A stretch of 64,000 nt of DNA, taken from positions 46,633-110,632 of the forward strand of contig JBIOXB010000086.1 in NCBI GenBank assembly GCA_044869275.1, written 5' to 3'. Shown here in pieces: positions 29,520-39,684 of the stretch. Position 1 is the stretch's first letter. Each line of letters begins with the position of its first letter. Under the pieces are notes generated by a model. It was given only the letters and a program-made list of their open reading frames with translations, was not told the DNA's origin and searched no databases. The translations under genes and the position numbers were made by a program. The stretch comes from a bacterium. Its GTDB lineage: Bacteria > Zhuqueibacterota > Zhuqueibacteria > Zhuqueibacterales > Zhuqueibacteraceae.

Positions 29520-29843
29520 ACATTTCTTTCATGAGCTGAATAGGCACCAATTTTTTTGTGGTGGTTCGTTACGGGACAATGCGCACCGGCAAGTTTCCCG
29601 GATACTTTTCTTAGGGAATACGATTGGGCAGAGCAATCGGATTGCGGGAAAATACCTCGGAGCATGCCATAATATAGCAAGGGATATCTCAAATACAAGT
29701 GTGGAGTTCAGGATTGCCTCAGCTAGCGGTGGAGAAACTTAGCACCGTCATGCGAACGGCAAGCACGGGGCCTGCACGTTCGCATGTCACCAAGACCATG
29801 AGCAGGGGTTTGTGGTTCCCCGGAGAAAGGCGATGCTTATGCT

Positions 29844-32687
29844 CTATTTGATCAGCATCACGCGTCTCGTCAGCTGCACCGCGAAGCTGGCTCCCGGTAC
29901 GTGATAGCGCAGTCGAATAATGTACGCGCCGGTACTCAATTCCGCACCCGCAGCGTTTCTGCCATTCCATAGAACTTCGTGCCGTCCGGCGGGATACGGT
30001 CCCTGCACCAATTCACTCACTTGCCGTCCCATGAGATCGAAAACGGCCAAATCCACGTCGGCGTCTTGCGGTAGGGCAAAACTGATGCGCGCAGAGAGAT
30101 TGAAGGGATTGGGATAGTTGCCCAGCTCAAAAGCAGCCGGCAAGCCGGCCAGCGTCGGGTGTGCGGTCGAATCATGCGACTCGCCGGATTTGGCAAGCGC
30201 CGCCGGCGCCGTGATGGAGAAATCATCAACGATCTGCACACCCTTCGTGGGCGTGCGATAAGCCGCCAGTTCATAGTAGAAGGCGTTCGCCCCAGTAAAA
30301 TTGTCGGAGAAAATCGGCACGCCGGTGGCAGCCGTCTTGAAAGTGAAATCGCTGCTCATCGCAAGATTGCCCGCAGCGTCGCGCGATCTGGCGCGGTAAT
30401 GGTAGGTGGTATTGGCAAGCAGACCGCTGAGCGTGATCGTGTGCGCAGTGACGCGATTGGGATCAAGCGCACTGAGCGAGCCGTAGCTCGCCGTGAGGCC
30501 ATACTCGACTTGCGAGTCGCTCGCTTCGCTGGTATTCCACGTTATTACTGCTGAGGCAACCGTGAGATTCCCGGCGCTCACGTTGGAAATCACCGGGGCG
30601 GTATTATCCGAGCTGATGATGAAGTTGGCATCGCTCCGATCCATGGGATCGGCGTCTTGGGCGTCGGAAACTCTTACCAGGGCTTGACTCGACACCGCAT
30701 TGGGAATGGCCCAATCATGGCCGCCATCGTTGGCCGTCGCCGCCACAATTGTCGTCCAATTCGCACCGTTATCGCTGGAGTATTCCAATTTCACGCTGGC
30801 CAGTGTGCCGGTGGAATTCCACAGAATCGGCTGCACCGTGCCAACGGCCCAATTTTCTCCTCCGTTCGGGGAAACCAGCGTCAAAGTGGCTGGAGGAAGA
30901 TCGCCGGCGGATCCTCCGAACGCCACGTGATATTGCGAGTGTCCCACCGGGATATGCACCACACCATACATACGATAGTCCGTACCGTTGGCGACGATCA
31001 CCGGCGAGGTGTAGGTCATGGGATTGTTAGGATAGGCAGTCCATGAAATCAAGTCTTGCGAGACGAACAAGCCTCCCACCCAGTTGAGCCCGCCGGTATC
31101 ATAATGTGCATAGGCGTGATAAACGCCATTGAGCTTGAGGATACTGTCGATGGCGAGGTCGAGTTGGTTTCCCAGTGGACCCGTCAGCACCGGATTATTG
31201 GCATTTCTCGTCCAATTTCTTCCGTCCGAAGAAGTTGCCAACCCCACCTGGCCGGCGTAAGCTTGTCCCAGCCCCTCGTACAGCATATACCAGACGCTGC
31301 CCTCTTTCCAAACTACGGGCGTGCCAACTTTGTCGTTCTCCCAACCGCGACTGCCGCGCGTGAGCACGGTGCCATAGCGTGTCCAATTGAGCTTGTCAGT
31401 TGAGGTGTAAAGATCGATCCGAGCGCCGTCGCCGGTAAACTCATCTTCGGCATACAAGTAGTAGGTATTGCCGTTTTTGAGAACGGAAAAATCCTCCATC
31501 CAGTAGTTGGTTTGGATCGGGTTGCCGGCGTATTTTGTCCAGTTCACCCCGTCGCTGGAAGTGGCATAGCCCATATCGACGAGCGAAGGTGTAGAGCGAT
31601 TATAGGTGCCGCGCCATCCGCCATACCACATATGATACAGGCCGTTTTCATACATAACCCAGCCGCGCTCGCGGATGTTTTCATCCGAGCTTCCGGCAGG
31701 CCCGGGGGTGAGTCTTGGATTGCTGCTCACCGGCGTAAAATTGACGAGTGCGCTCCGCGTGAGGACGAACATGGCGTCGCTCACGTCGCTGGCGCCGCTC
31801 CCGCCAGAATCAGTAATGCGAATCAATGCCTGGTTTGATACGGTATCCGGGATGAGCCAGGCGAAAGAGCCGGTATTGGGAGCACTGTTCGTGATCGTGC
31901 TCCACCGGCTGCCGCCCAGGGTGCCGAGCTCTATTCTTAAGCTTGCAATTGTGGCCGTGGCATTCCATGTAATGGTCTGGCTCGTGCCTGACAACCACCA
32001 TTCTCCTCCGTTTGGAGAAACCAGTGCCACGCTCGGTGTGACATCCGGCAGTGAAACGGAAGTCACTGCGAGCGCAGAAATCTTGGGGTCTTCGACCACG
32101 CTGCCAAAGTTTATATCGAGAATGCCGTCACTCACCTCAACTTCGAAGGAATAGACGACCGCCACATCGTGGCCAATGGCGGCAAAGAGATCAAGGTTCC
32201 CTAGAACCAATTGGTTCTCGAGCAAGACATTGAAGACGCGCCGGCCGCTTTGTTGAAACCAAATTTCGGCAAAAAGCAAGTCAACGCGATAACGGCCGTT
32301 GCTCGGCACGGTGAAGCGGTAGGCCGGCATGCCCCAGCGTTCCGATTAATAGAGCAAATCGTCCGTGGTATTGGCAATGGGATCTGTCGTGGTGTAGGTG
32401 CCGCCACTACCCACATATCCCCATGAGCCGGCGGTGTAGGCGCGATCAGCCGCCCAGCTCTCGCCATTGGCGGAATAGGCGGGCCCACCGGCGTTGACCT
32501 TTTGGAGATACGCAGCAGGAGAAGGGTTCAAGAAAACGGCTTCAGCGCGCGTGCGCGACTTGTTTGCCGAGCCATGCACCGGCGGCAGGGTGATTTGCAT
32601 CAACAGCAGGCTGGTACCCAGCAGAGCTGCAACTCTCAAGTTGCGATTTTGCCCCCATGGACGTTTTTGTCGCTCAATGGCTCTCAT
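29844..32687 (-). pseudogene. Secreted modular glycoside hydrolase (malectin, SPNGGE Ig-like domains, five-bladed propeller GH-like, FN3, C-terminal sorting domain) with premature stop
   Basis: ORFs 32346-32687 and 29844-32330 are in frame across one TAA (LLY*SERWG; malectin consensus LYQSER); propeller repeats GYATSSDG.NWT; NYPNPFN CTD. Confidence 0.75.
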
Positions 32688-32904
32688 GACGACCTCCCTT
32701 GCGAAAGGCGCTCTCAGCGAATAATTCTGTTGTGAAGGAAAAGGAGACTCAGGACCGTATGGCTGGAAAAATGTATGGTTGCACTAACAAATTAGGCAAG
32801 TAAATATAACAAGATTGTTGAAAAAGACAAACTCTTTCTAGAAAAGCCAGATAGCCCCCAGATGTTTTCGCGAAAATGTCAGATTCGGGCACTTTTGGAA
32901 GAGC

Positions 32905-35900
32905 TCATTTGAGCAGCATGATTCTCCGTACCATTTGCGTGAAGTTTTGTCCTCCTTCGGGGCGATAGTGCATGCGCAAAAAGTACGTGCCGGTGCTCAG
33001 CGCCGCTCCCGCCTCGTTCTTTCCTTCCCATATCATTTCATGGCTGCCGGCAGGGCGCCATCCCTCCGCCAGCATTCTCACCTGGCGGCCCATGGCATCA
33101 AAAACCGCGACTTCAACCTGCGCGGCCGCGGGCAAATCAAAACGAATCCGCGTGGCAATGTTGAAGGGATTGGGATAGTTGTGCAGGCCGAATGCAGCGG
33201 GCAGCGTGGCAACCTGGTGAACGCCATCCGGCGAGGCTTCGGAAGATTTTTCCTGACTCTTTTCGCTGACGATGGCGAAATCATCCGCAACCAGCACGCC
33301 GTTCGCATTGGTGCGATAGGCTGAAAGTTCGTAGTGGAAGTTTGAATTCAAAGTGTAGCCGGGCAAGCCGAAGTTCTCGCGATACGTATCGATCCACGTT
33401 GCACCATTTAGGGAAGCCTCGAAGTGGATCTGCGTATCGTCCAGACGCAGCCGCAAATAGACTGCGCCGGGTATCGCCAGCGCGCCGGTGGCATCGAGGC
33501 CGCCGACCACGCCGTTTTTCTTCCACTGCACGTATAAGCGGTAATTTCCCGGTTGCTCGCGATAGACGTAGAAACGATACCAATTTTGCTGACCATAGAT
33601 TCCGGCGGTTGAAGAGGCTTGATAAGTCGGCGACATGCCGAGGTTGCCGTCATTGTTCGGTTGCGTCACTCTCACGGTGACGGTGGTGTTGCGCGCCGGG
33701 TAATTCTGCCGGGTGATCACCCAGCCCGATTGGGTGTTGTTGGAACGCAACTGCAATGCGCCGTTGGTGACGGCGGTCTGATTGCCGTTGTTACTGCCTC
33801 TTGTCCACTTGTTGAGATCGAGCGTGCTGGCATTGAAATTGTCGGCAAACAAAGTGATCGCAGACGATGCCGTCGTGGTGAAACTGAGATCAGCGGAGGC
33901 AGATTCCAGATTGGCTGCGTCTTTAGCGCGGGCGCGATAATGATACGTGGTGCTGGGAGCCAAGCCGGTCAGCGTGAGCGCGTGCGAGACTGCGAGCGTG
34001 GCATTGCTCGCGCGAAAATCATATTCCGTGTTCACGTAGGCTTCACGCCAAGCCGCTGCCATGACCGCATAGCCGGCGTCGTTGGGATGCACATGGTCGA
34101 CGAACCATTCATTCGCCCAATTGGGATTCGCCAGAAATGCGGCACTGTTGTCCACCAGAAAAACGTCATAGCCGGCATTTCTGCGTGTGGAAACGACGCC
34201 CGGCAATTGCGCGTTCACGGCCGCGTTGACGTTTTGCTTGCCGTCACGCCGGGGTATCAGGGTGGAAAGATAAACTTTCGTGGCCGGATCGAACTGCAAA
34301 ATCGCATCGACAACGGCGCTGATCTCGCTGACGACCGTGCCGGCATCATCGCCCACCGAGACATCGTTCGTACCGAGGTGCAATAGCACGGCTTGAGGCT
34401 GTGACTGGTTCAAAAAACTTCCCAGCTCCGCGAAGATTTCATTCGCCAGCCAGCCGGCGTGTCCTTCGTGATCGAGATCGGGAATGCCGGCGCCATACTG
34501 TAAGCTCCCAACGAAATCGAAGCGCGAGCCGAAATCCGTCAGCGCCAGGTAGAGCGGCGCGCGATAACCGGTGTCGTCGCTGCTGCCCGTGCCTTCAGTG
34601 ATGCTGTCGCCCAGCGGCATCAGTGGAATGACGCCATGCGGCCGCGCATCGAACTCGACGCTGCCGTAGGCGCTTTCATTGGTGGTGAAGGTGACCTGGG
34701 CGCCAGTGGCCGTGATATTTTGCGCGACAATATTCGAGATGAGGGGTGCTTCCGTATCGAGCACTCCGGTCTGAAAAGTAAAGTCTTCACTCAACGCGAG
34801 ATTGCCGGCGGCGTCGCGCGACCGCACGCGATAATGGTACAATGTACTGGGATTCAGATTGGCCAGTGCGACACTGTGTGCGGTGACGAGGGCGGCGTCA
34901 AGCGGCGAGAAAAACCCATAGCTCGCCGTCGGGCCATATTCGACTTGCGAATCGCTCGCTTCATTGGTATTCCAGGTGACGGTTGCGGCGGTGGCGGTGA
35001 TATTGCCCTCGCCCACTTGCGCGATCACCGGCGCTTGCGTATCCGAGCCGGGCGCAGAGGGATCGATGCTGAAATCATCGACTTGCAAGATACCTTTAAC
35101 GTCGGTACGATACGCGGCCAATTCATAGTAAAATGGGCTGTCCAGCGAATATCCGGTCAGCCCGAAAGGTTCGCTGTAAGCCACTGCCCATGCGTTCCCG
35201 TCGAGGGAGAATTCGAAGTAGATGCGTGCCTCATCAAAACGTAGACGCATATAGAAGACGCCGTTCAGTACCGCGCTACCGGTCACGTCCATGCCGTTGA
35301 CCACACCGCTTTTTTTCCATTGCACGAACAGCCGATATGGCCCGCTGGTGGCGTCGCGATACACATAAAAGCGGTACCAGGTGCCCTCATTGTAAATGCC
35401 GTTGGAAGAAGAAAGAGTGTAAGTCGGACTCATGCCAAGATTGCCGTCATTGCTGGGCTGCACGACTTTCACACTCACGGCCGTTTGGCGCGCCGCAAAA
35501 GCATCACGCGTGATCACCCAGCCGGTTTGCGCGAATTGCGAGCGCAGCTCTAATACATTGCCCGCGACGCGGGAGAGGTTGCCGCTGTTCGCCCCACTGC
35601 GCCATTTATTGGTGTCGAGCGCATTGCCCGGAAAATCATCGGCAAGGATCGGCCCCGTTGCCGCCGTCGTCGTAAAAGACAAGATCTCAGATTGCGCACG
35701 ATTACCCGCCAAATCCACCGAAACGACGCGGTAAAAATAAGTTGTTTGCGCTGTAAGATTCGCCAGCCCGGCGCTGTGATGGGTGCGCAAAATATTTTCA
35801 ATATCAGTAGCCGAGCCCAGCGCCGAGGTCGTGCCGTACTCTACCTGCGAGGTCGCGATTTCATCCGTTTGCCATACGATCGTGGCGCTCGTGGAGGTGA

Positions 35901-38343
35901 GGTTCGTGGCGGTGGGGTTGCTGAGGCTCGGGGTTCGCGCGTCCGCGGTAACGCCGTTGACGAGGAGAGTTTGATTGGCGGCAACGTTCGTCCTCGTCAC
36001 CACCGTGCCGTCGGGAAAACTCACCACCACGTCGACGGCCGTGCGTACGCCCAGGCCAAAATGCACGGTTTGATCATCCTGCCCCAAATAACCGTTGTTA
36101 CTGTGGCTTTCGCGCATGCCGAGCAGGGCGGCGCCGGCTTGGCCGGCGGGATAAAATTTCGTTTTCGCCCCGAAAGCACCGGCCTGGCCTTGTGGTGAGA
36201 TCAGTTTGATCTTCAGCCAATTCCCTTCTGCATTGTTATTTCGTACCAGCCAGTTGCGCGAACGCTTGCAGCCAAAGGCAAAGTCCATGTCACCGTCATG
36301 GTCAATGTCCGCGAATCCGATGGCGCGCGGATCGTCGATGCCGGTCACGGGAATGGCCGGACCAGGAGCGAAAATACCGGCGCCGTTGTTGAGGTAACTG
36401 ACGTCGTCGCCGGCGAACACCAGGTCGAGATCGCCGTCGTTATCGAGATCGGCAAAGCTGCCCATGTAGCCGTCGGTGGCGGTGAAGTTTTGCGTGAAGG
36501 CAAACGTGCCGCCGCCGCTGTTGCGATACAACGTGCCGGAATCGTCACGCGCCAGCAGCAAGTCGAGATCGCCGTCGTTGTCCACATCTGCGCTGGTGAT
36601 GCCATCGTCGGCACGATGCGTAATGCCGATGCTGGCGGGCGAGATTTGGGTGAAGACGCCGCCGCCGTCGTTACGCAAAATGTTCATGTCACCGGTGCGA
36701 TTGGCGGTGAAGATGTCGACGTCGCCGTCGTTGTCGAAATCCGTGTCGGTCGCGCCCTGCCCCGCGCGCGCTTCGAACAGAGCGCCGCTGTTGATCGCGG
36801 TGAATTGCATGGCGCCGTCGTTGCGATACACCTCATTGCGGTCACTGGAAGGATCGTCGGTGCCGAGATAATCGGTCACTGCGAACAAATCCAGATCGCC
36901 GTCATTGTCCAGGTCAAACGCGACGGTTGCGCGCGTTTGCCATTCACGCACCGGCATCCCGGAAGAGGCGGTGACCTCGGTAAAAGTGCCGTTGCCGTTG
37001 TTGCGATAAATGTTGTTGATGCCTGGAATGTTGGTGGTGCCATCGGTCGTGCCGTTGTAAAGGTCGAAGTCGCCGTCGTTGTCGAGATCGCCAAACACGG
37101 CCCCGTGCGAGCCGCCGTCGAAATCGGCGAGGCCGCGCAGCGCGCCTTCCTCTACAAAGATGTTATTGCCCGTGTTGTGGAAGAATAAATCGGGCATGGG
37201 ATCTGCAAAAACGCCGAGCATAGTATGATATAAGTCCGGCCGGCCGTCGCCATCCACGTCGGCGAAAATCGCCGCGTGGCCGCCCACTTGATTCGGGCCG
37301 GTGGGACCGCCGGTACCGGCCGCCAGCGTGATATCGGTGAAGGAGAGCGGGCTCGCGTTCGGTGTTGTGAAGCTAAAATCGCCGCTCAAGCCAGGATTGC
37401 CGGCCGCATCCTTGGATTTAACGCGAAAATGATAGGTGCTGTTTTTCGTCAGGCCGTTCAGAGCAACGGCATGATTTGTAAGCAGCATTGTCTCCAGCGG
37501 CGTCATATTGCCATAGCCTGTGGTGAGGCCATATTCCACCTGCGAATCGCTGGCTTCATTAGTGGTCCAAGTGATCGTCGCGGCCGTCGCACTCAGATTG
37601 CTGGTTTGTACATTCGAAATGATCGGCGCTTGCGTGTCGGGAATGGCATTGCTCTCTTGCAGCACGAAGTCGTCAACTTTGAGATCGCCATTGAAACTGG
37701 TGTTGCTCGCGGACAGTTCGAAATAATAATTGTTGGATAACGCATAGCCTGGCAGCGAGAACGGTTCTTGATAAACCGTGGTCCAGCTCTGGTCGTCGGG
37801 TGAGTATTCGAAAAAGATGGTCGTGGCGTCGGTGCGCAGGCGCAGGTAAAAACTGCCCGGCAGCGCGAGGCCGTTTGTGACCTCCAATCCGCCCTCACTG
37901 CCGTTGCGTTTCCATTGTACATAGAGACGATAGCTGCCGGTGTGCCCCTCACGATAGACATATAAGCGATACCAATTGTTTTGGCTGTAGAACGCATTGG
38001 TGCTGGCGAGATTCACCGTCGGGCTCATGCCGAGATCGCCATCGTCGTTGGGCTGCACGATTTTGAGCTTGGCAATTTTATTCGCGCCGGCGTAGGAAGT
38101 TTTCGTGACGATCCAGCCGGAGTGATTGCTGGTGGAGCGCAAGGTCAGCGCGCCGTTTTCGATCGCGGCTTGATTGCCGCTGTTCGTGCCTTTACTCCAT
38201 TTGTTTGGATCAATGCCCGGCCCGGAAAAATTGTCGCTGAGCAACACGGTTTGGCTTTGAGCGCTGGTGGTGAGACTGAGAAGGGTGGCGAATGAGAAAA
38301 CAATAACGGAGTTTGGCCACAAACGGGGTGAGGTGATCGACAT
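32905..38343 (-). CDS. Giant secreted modular protein: unknown domain x3, FG-GAP/ASPIC-UnbV, FN3 repeats, SGNH hydrolase, T9SS-like CTD
   Basis: Signal peptide after GGAAGG RBS; DxDNDGDLD repeats; VHFGLG; GDSITEG/GTND/DHVHP; NYPNPFN CTD. Confidence 0.85.
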   Translation of the reverse strand: MSITSPRLWPNSVIVFSFATLLSLTTSAQSQTVLLSDNFSGPGIDPNKWSKGTNSGNQAAIENGALTLRSTSNHSGWIVTKTSYAGANKIAKLKIVQPNDDGDLGMSPTVNLASTNAFYSQNNWYRLYVYREGHTGSYRLYVQWKRNGSEGGLEVTNGLALPGSFYLRLRTDATTIFFEYSPDDQSWTTVYQEPFSLPGYALSNNYYFELSASNTSFNGDLKVDDFVLQESNAIPDTQAPIISNVQTSNLSATAATITWTTNEASDSQVEYGLTTGYGNMTPLETMLLTNHAVALNGLTKNSTYHFRVKSKDAAGNPGLSGDFSFTTPNASPLSFTDITLAAGTGGPTGPNQVGGHAAIFADVDGDGRPDLYHTMLGVFADPMPDLFFHNTGNNIFVEEGALRGLADFDGGSHGAVFGDLDNDGDFDLYNGTTDGTTNIPGINNIYRNNGNGTFTEVTASSGMPVREWQTRATVAFDLDNDGDLDLFAVTDYLGTDDPSSDRNEVYRNDGAMQFTAINSGALFEARAGQGATDTDFDNDGDVDIFTANRTGDMNILRNDGGGVFTQISPASIGITHRADDGITSADVDNDGDLDLLLARDDSGTLYRNSGGGTFAFTQNFTATDGYMGSFADLDNDGDLDLVFAGDDVSYLNNGAGIFAPGPAIPVTGIDDPRAIGFADIDHDGDMDFAFGCKRSRNWLVRNNNAEGNWLKIKLISPQGQAGAFGAKTKFYPAGQAGAALLGMRESHSNNGYLGQDDQTVHFGLGVRTAVDVVVSFPDGTVVTRTNVAANQTLLVNGVTADARTPSLSNPTATNLTSTSATIVWQTDEIATSQVEYGTTSALGSATDIENILRTHHSAGLANLTAQTTYFYRVVSVDLAGNRAQSEILSFTTTAATGPILADDFPGNALDTNKWRSGANSGNLSRVAGNVLELRSQFAQTGWVITRDAFAARQTAVSVKVVQPSNDGNLGMSPTYTLSSSNGIYNEGTWYRFYVYRDATSGPYRLFVQWKKSGVVNGMDVTGSAVLNGVFYMRLRFDEARIYFEFSLDGNAWAVAYSEPFGLTGYSLDSPFYYELAAYRTDVKGILQVDDFSIDPSAPGSDTQAPVIAQVGEGNITATAATVTWNTNEASDSQVEYGPTASYGFFSPLDAALVTAHSVALANLNPSTLYHYRVRSRDAAGNLALSEDFTFQTGVLDTEAPLISNIVAQNITATGAQVTFTTNESAYGSVEFDARPHGVIPLMPLGDSITEGTGSSDDTGYRAPLYLALTDFGSRFDFVGSLQYGAGIPDLDHEGHAGWLANEIFAELGSFLNQSQPQAVLLHLGTNDVSVGDDAGTVVSEISAVVDAILQFDPATKVYLSTLIPRRDGKQNVNAAVNAQLPGVVSTRRNAGYDVFLVDNSAAFLANPNWANEWFVDHVHPNDAGYAVMAAAWREAYVNTEYDFRASNATLAVSHALTLTGLAPSTTYHYRARAKDAANLESASADLSFTTTASSAITLFADNFNASTLDLNKWTRGSNNGNQTAVTNGALQLRSNNTQSGWVITRQNYPARNTTVTVRVTQPNNDGNLGMSPTYQASSTAGIYGQQNWYRFYVYREQPGNYRLYVQWKKNGVVGGLDATGALAIPGAVYLRLRLDDTQIHFEASLNGATWIDTYRENFGLPGYTLNSNFHYELSAYRTNANGVLVADDFAIVSEKSQEKSSEASPDGVHQVATLPAAFGLHNYPNPFNIATRIRFDLPAAAQVEVAVFDAMGRQVRMLAEGWRPAGSHEMIWEGKNEAGAALSTGTYFLRMHYRPEGGQNFTQMVRRIMLLK

Positions 38344-38532
38344 GAGCTTGCCTTCCGATAATGCGGAACAAGAAACTCGGAGTTTCCTGATTAGTCTATC
38401 AAAAGCAAAATCCTTGCTTTTTTGTGTTTTTCGCGTGCTCTGTAACACAAACTTGCAAAACTAAGCTTTTTTAGCAAAGTTTCTGGCGTAGTCAGAAATA
38501 GGTGAGATCTTTGCAAGTGAGCAGAGATCAAT

Positions 38533-38628
38533 TCCACGCGGATTAAAAAACCACGCGGATAGTTTAAAAATTTCCGTGTGGTTTTTTGATCCGTGTGGAG
38601 CCATTTTGGTTGCGGCTCAGCCGCGCTG
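38533..38628 (+). repeat. 27-bp inverted repeat plus small GCGGC-TCA-GCCGC hairpin (REP/MITE-like)
   Basis: tccacgcggattaaaaaaccacgcgga pairs with tccgtgtggttttttgatccgtgtgga, with three G-U wobbles. Confidence 0.65.
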
Positions 38629-39611
38629 CATTGTTCTATTTGCTGAGGAGTGATTCTATATGCAACATTGCCAAGCGAAATGAAGAGAGCCAGGAGGCTT
38701 GAAAATACGGCAGGCGAGTCTATTGCGAAAAGTGTACCAACACTGAAGTATACAGATACTGCGGGAAAATAACGATTTTACGCCATTTTCATCACCGTTT
38801 TTGACGTGATTTCAAATCAAAATTGTAACAATTTGGGACAGTCTGTTTCAGCGCAGGAACAGCGAGGAGTAGCCCAGGAAGGAGAGGTGAATTGGCAATG
38901 CAGAACTCATTTTTAAAGGTATAACAAATCAAACTGGCAGTCGTTGTCTGCTTCTGAATGGGCACACTCGCTGCGCCCAGACTTGAGCCGGAAGACCCAT
39001 AGTCGCCAGTTCTTTTTTTGACTCCTTTTTTCAACACAGAGACACAGAGTTCCACGGAGAGTTTTAAAAAACTTTGCAGAATAAGACTCACTCCGTGATA
39101 CAAACCTGCAGCACTTCACGTTTGCAATTGGCGCTGATTGTGTTATAATAATCTCGAGGGAAAATTTACGAGTAAACCATCAAACTATCATTGCGTGCAG
39201 GCGCATGGAACACGCCGGGCATGCCGATGAACGCTTTTTTCAGTTCACTGCTGTCCAAAATACTTCGGAACCTGAGCGATAGCACAAAAAAGTGGTGGCG
39301 GATTCGGTGAAATGGCCGGTGGCAACACGGCAGAGGGTGAGAAGCTGATCGAGCCGCTGCGCCGTTTTGGAAACGCGCAATGGCCTGGGAACTGAATGAA
39401 GGATAAAATAAAATGCTCATCGCGCCATTCGCGATTATTTGATTTGAATTTTAAAAGCCTGGCTCACGGAAATGAACTCCCACGGAAAAATGCATGTTCT
39501 CTTGTTTCCGTGAGCTGTTCCAATTCCGAGTGCTCTAACTTTGCCGTTCGAAGAGCTTCGATTCTCAGCTTGCCCGAAAACCAGATCTGTCCTACATCTT
39601 TCTGAAGGTCA

Positions 39612-39672
39612 ACTGACCGGTCACTTCAGTGCCGTGTATGGCGTCGTGACTGTGCTGTAGTGACCGGTCAGT
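39612..39672. repeat. REP-like 14-bp perfect inverted repeat just downstream of a gene; possible terminator
   Basis: actgaccggtcact ... agtgaccggtcagt, each arm containing the palindrome TGACCGGTCA. Confidence 0.65.
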
Positions 39673-39684
39673 AACCATATGACC

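Noticed and set aside
29749..29786. CATGCGAACG...CGTTCGCATG hairpin as an ncRNA
   Set aside because: A single 10-bp stem downstream of a gene; best read as a terminator or stability hairpin, with no family features
32346..32348. Programmed readthrough or Sec/Pyl recoding
   Set aside because: The stop is TAA at a position expected to be Gln, and the gene has other damage; a nonsense mutation is simpler
39290..39395. Possible FAD-linked oxidase remnant (GGGFG; AEGEKLIEPLRRFG) on + strand
   Set aside because: Fragments too short to support without a search
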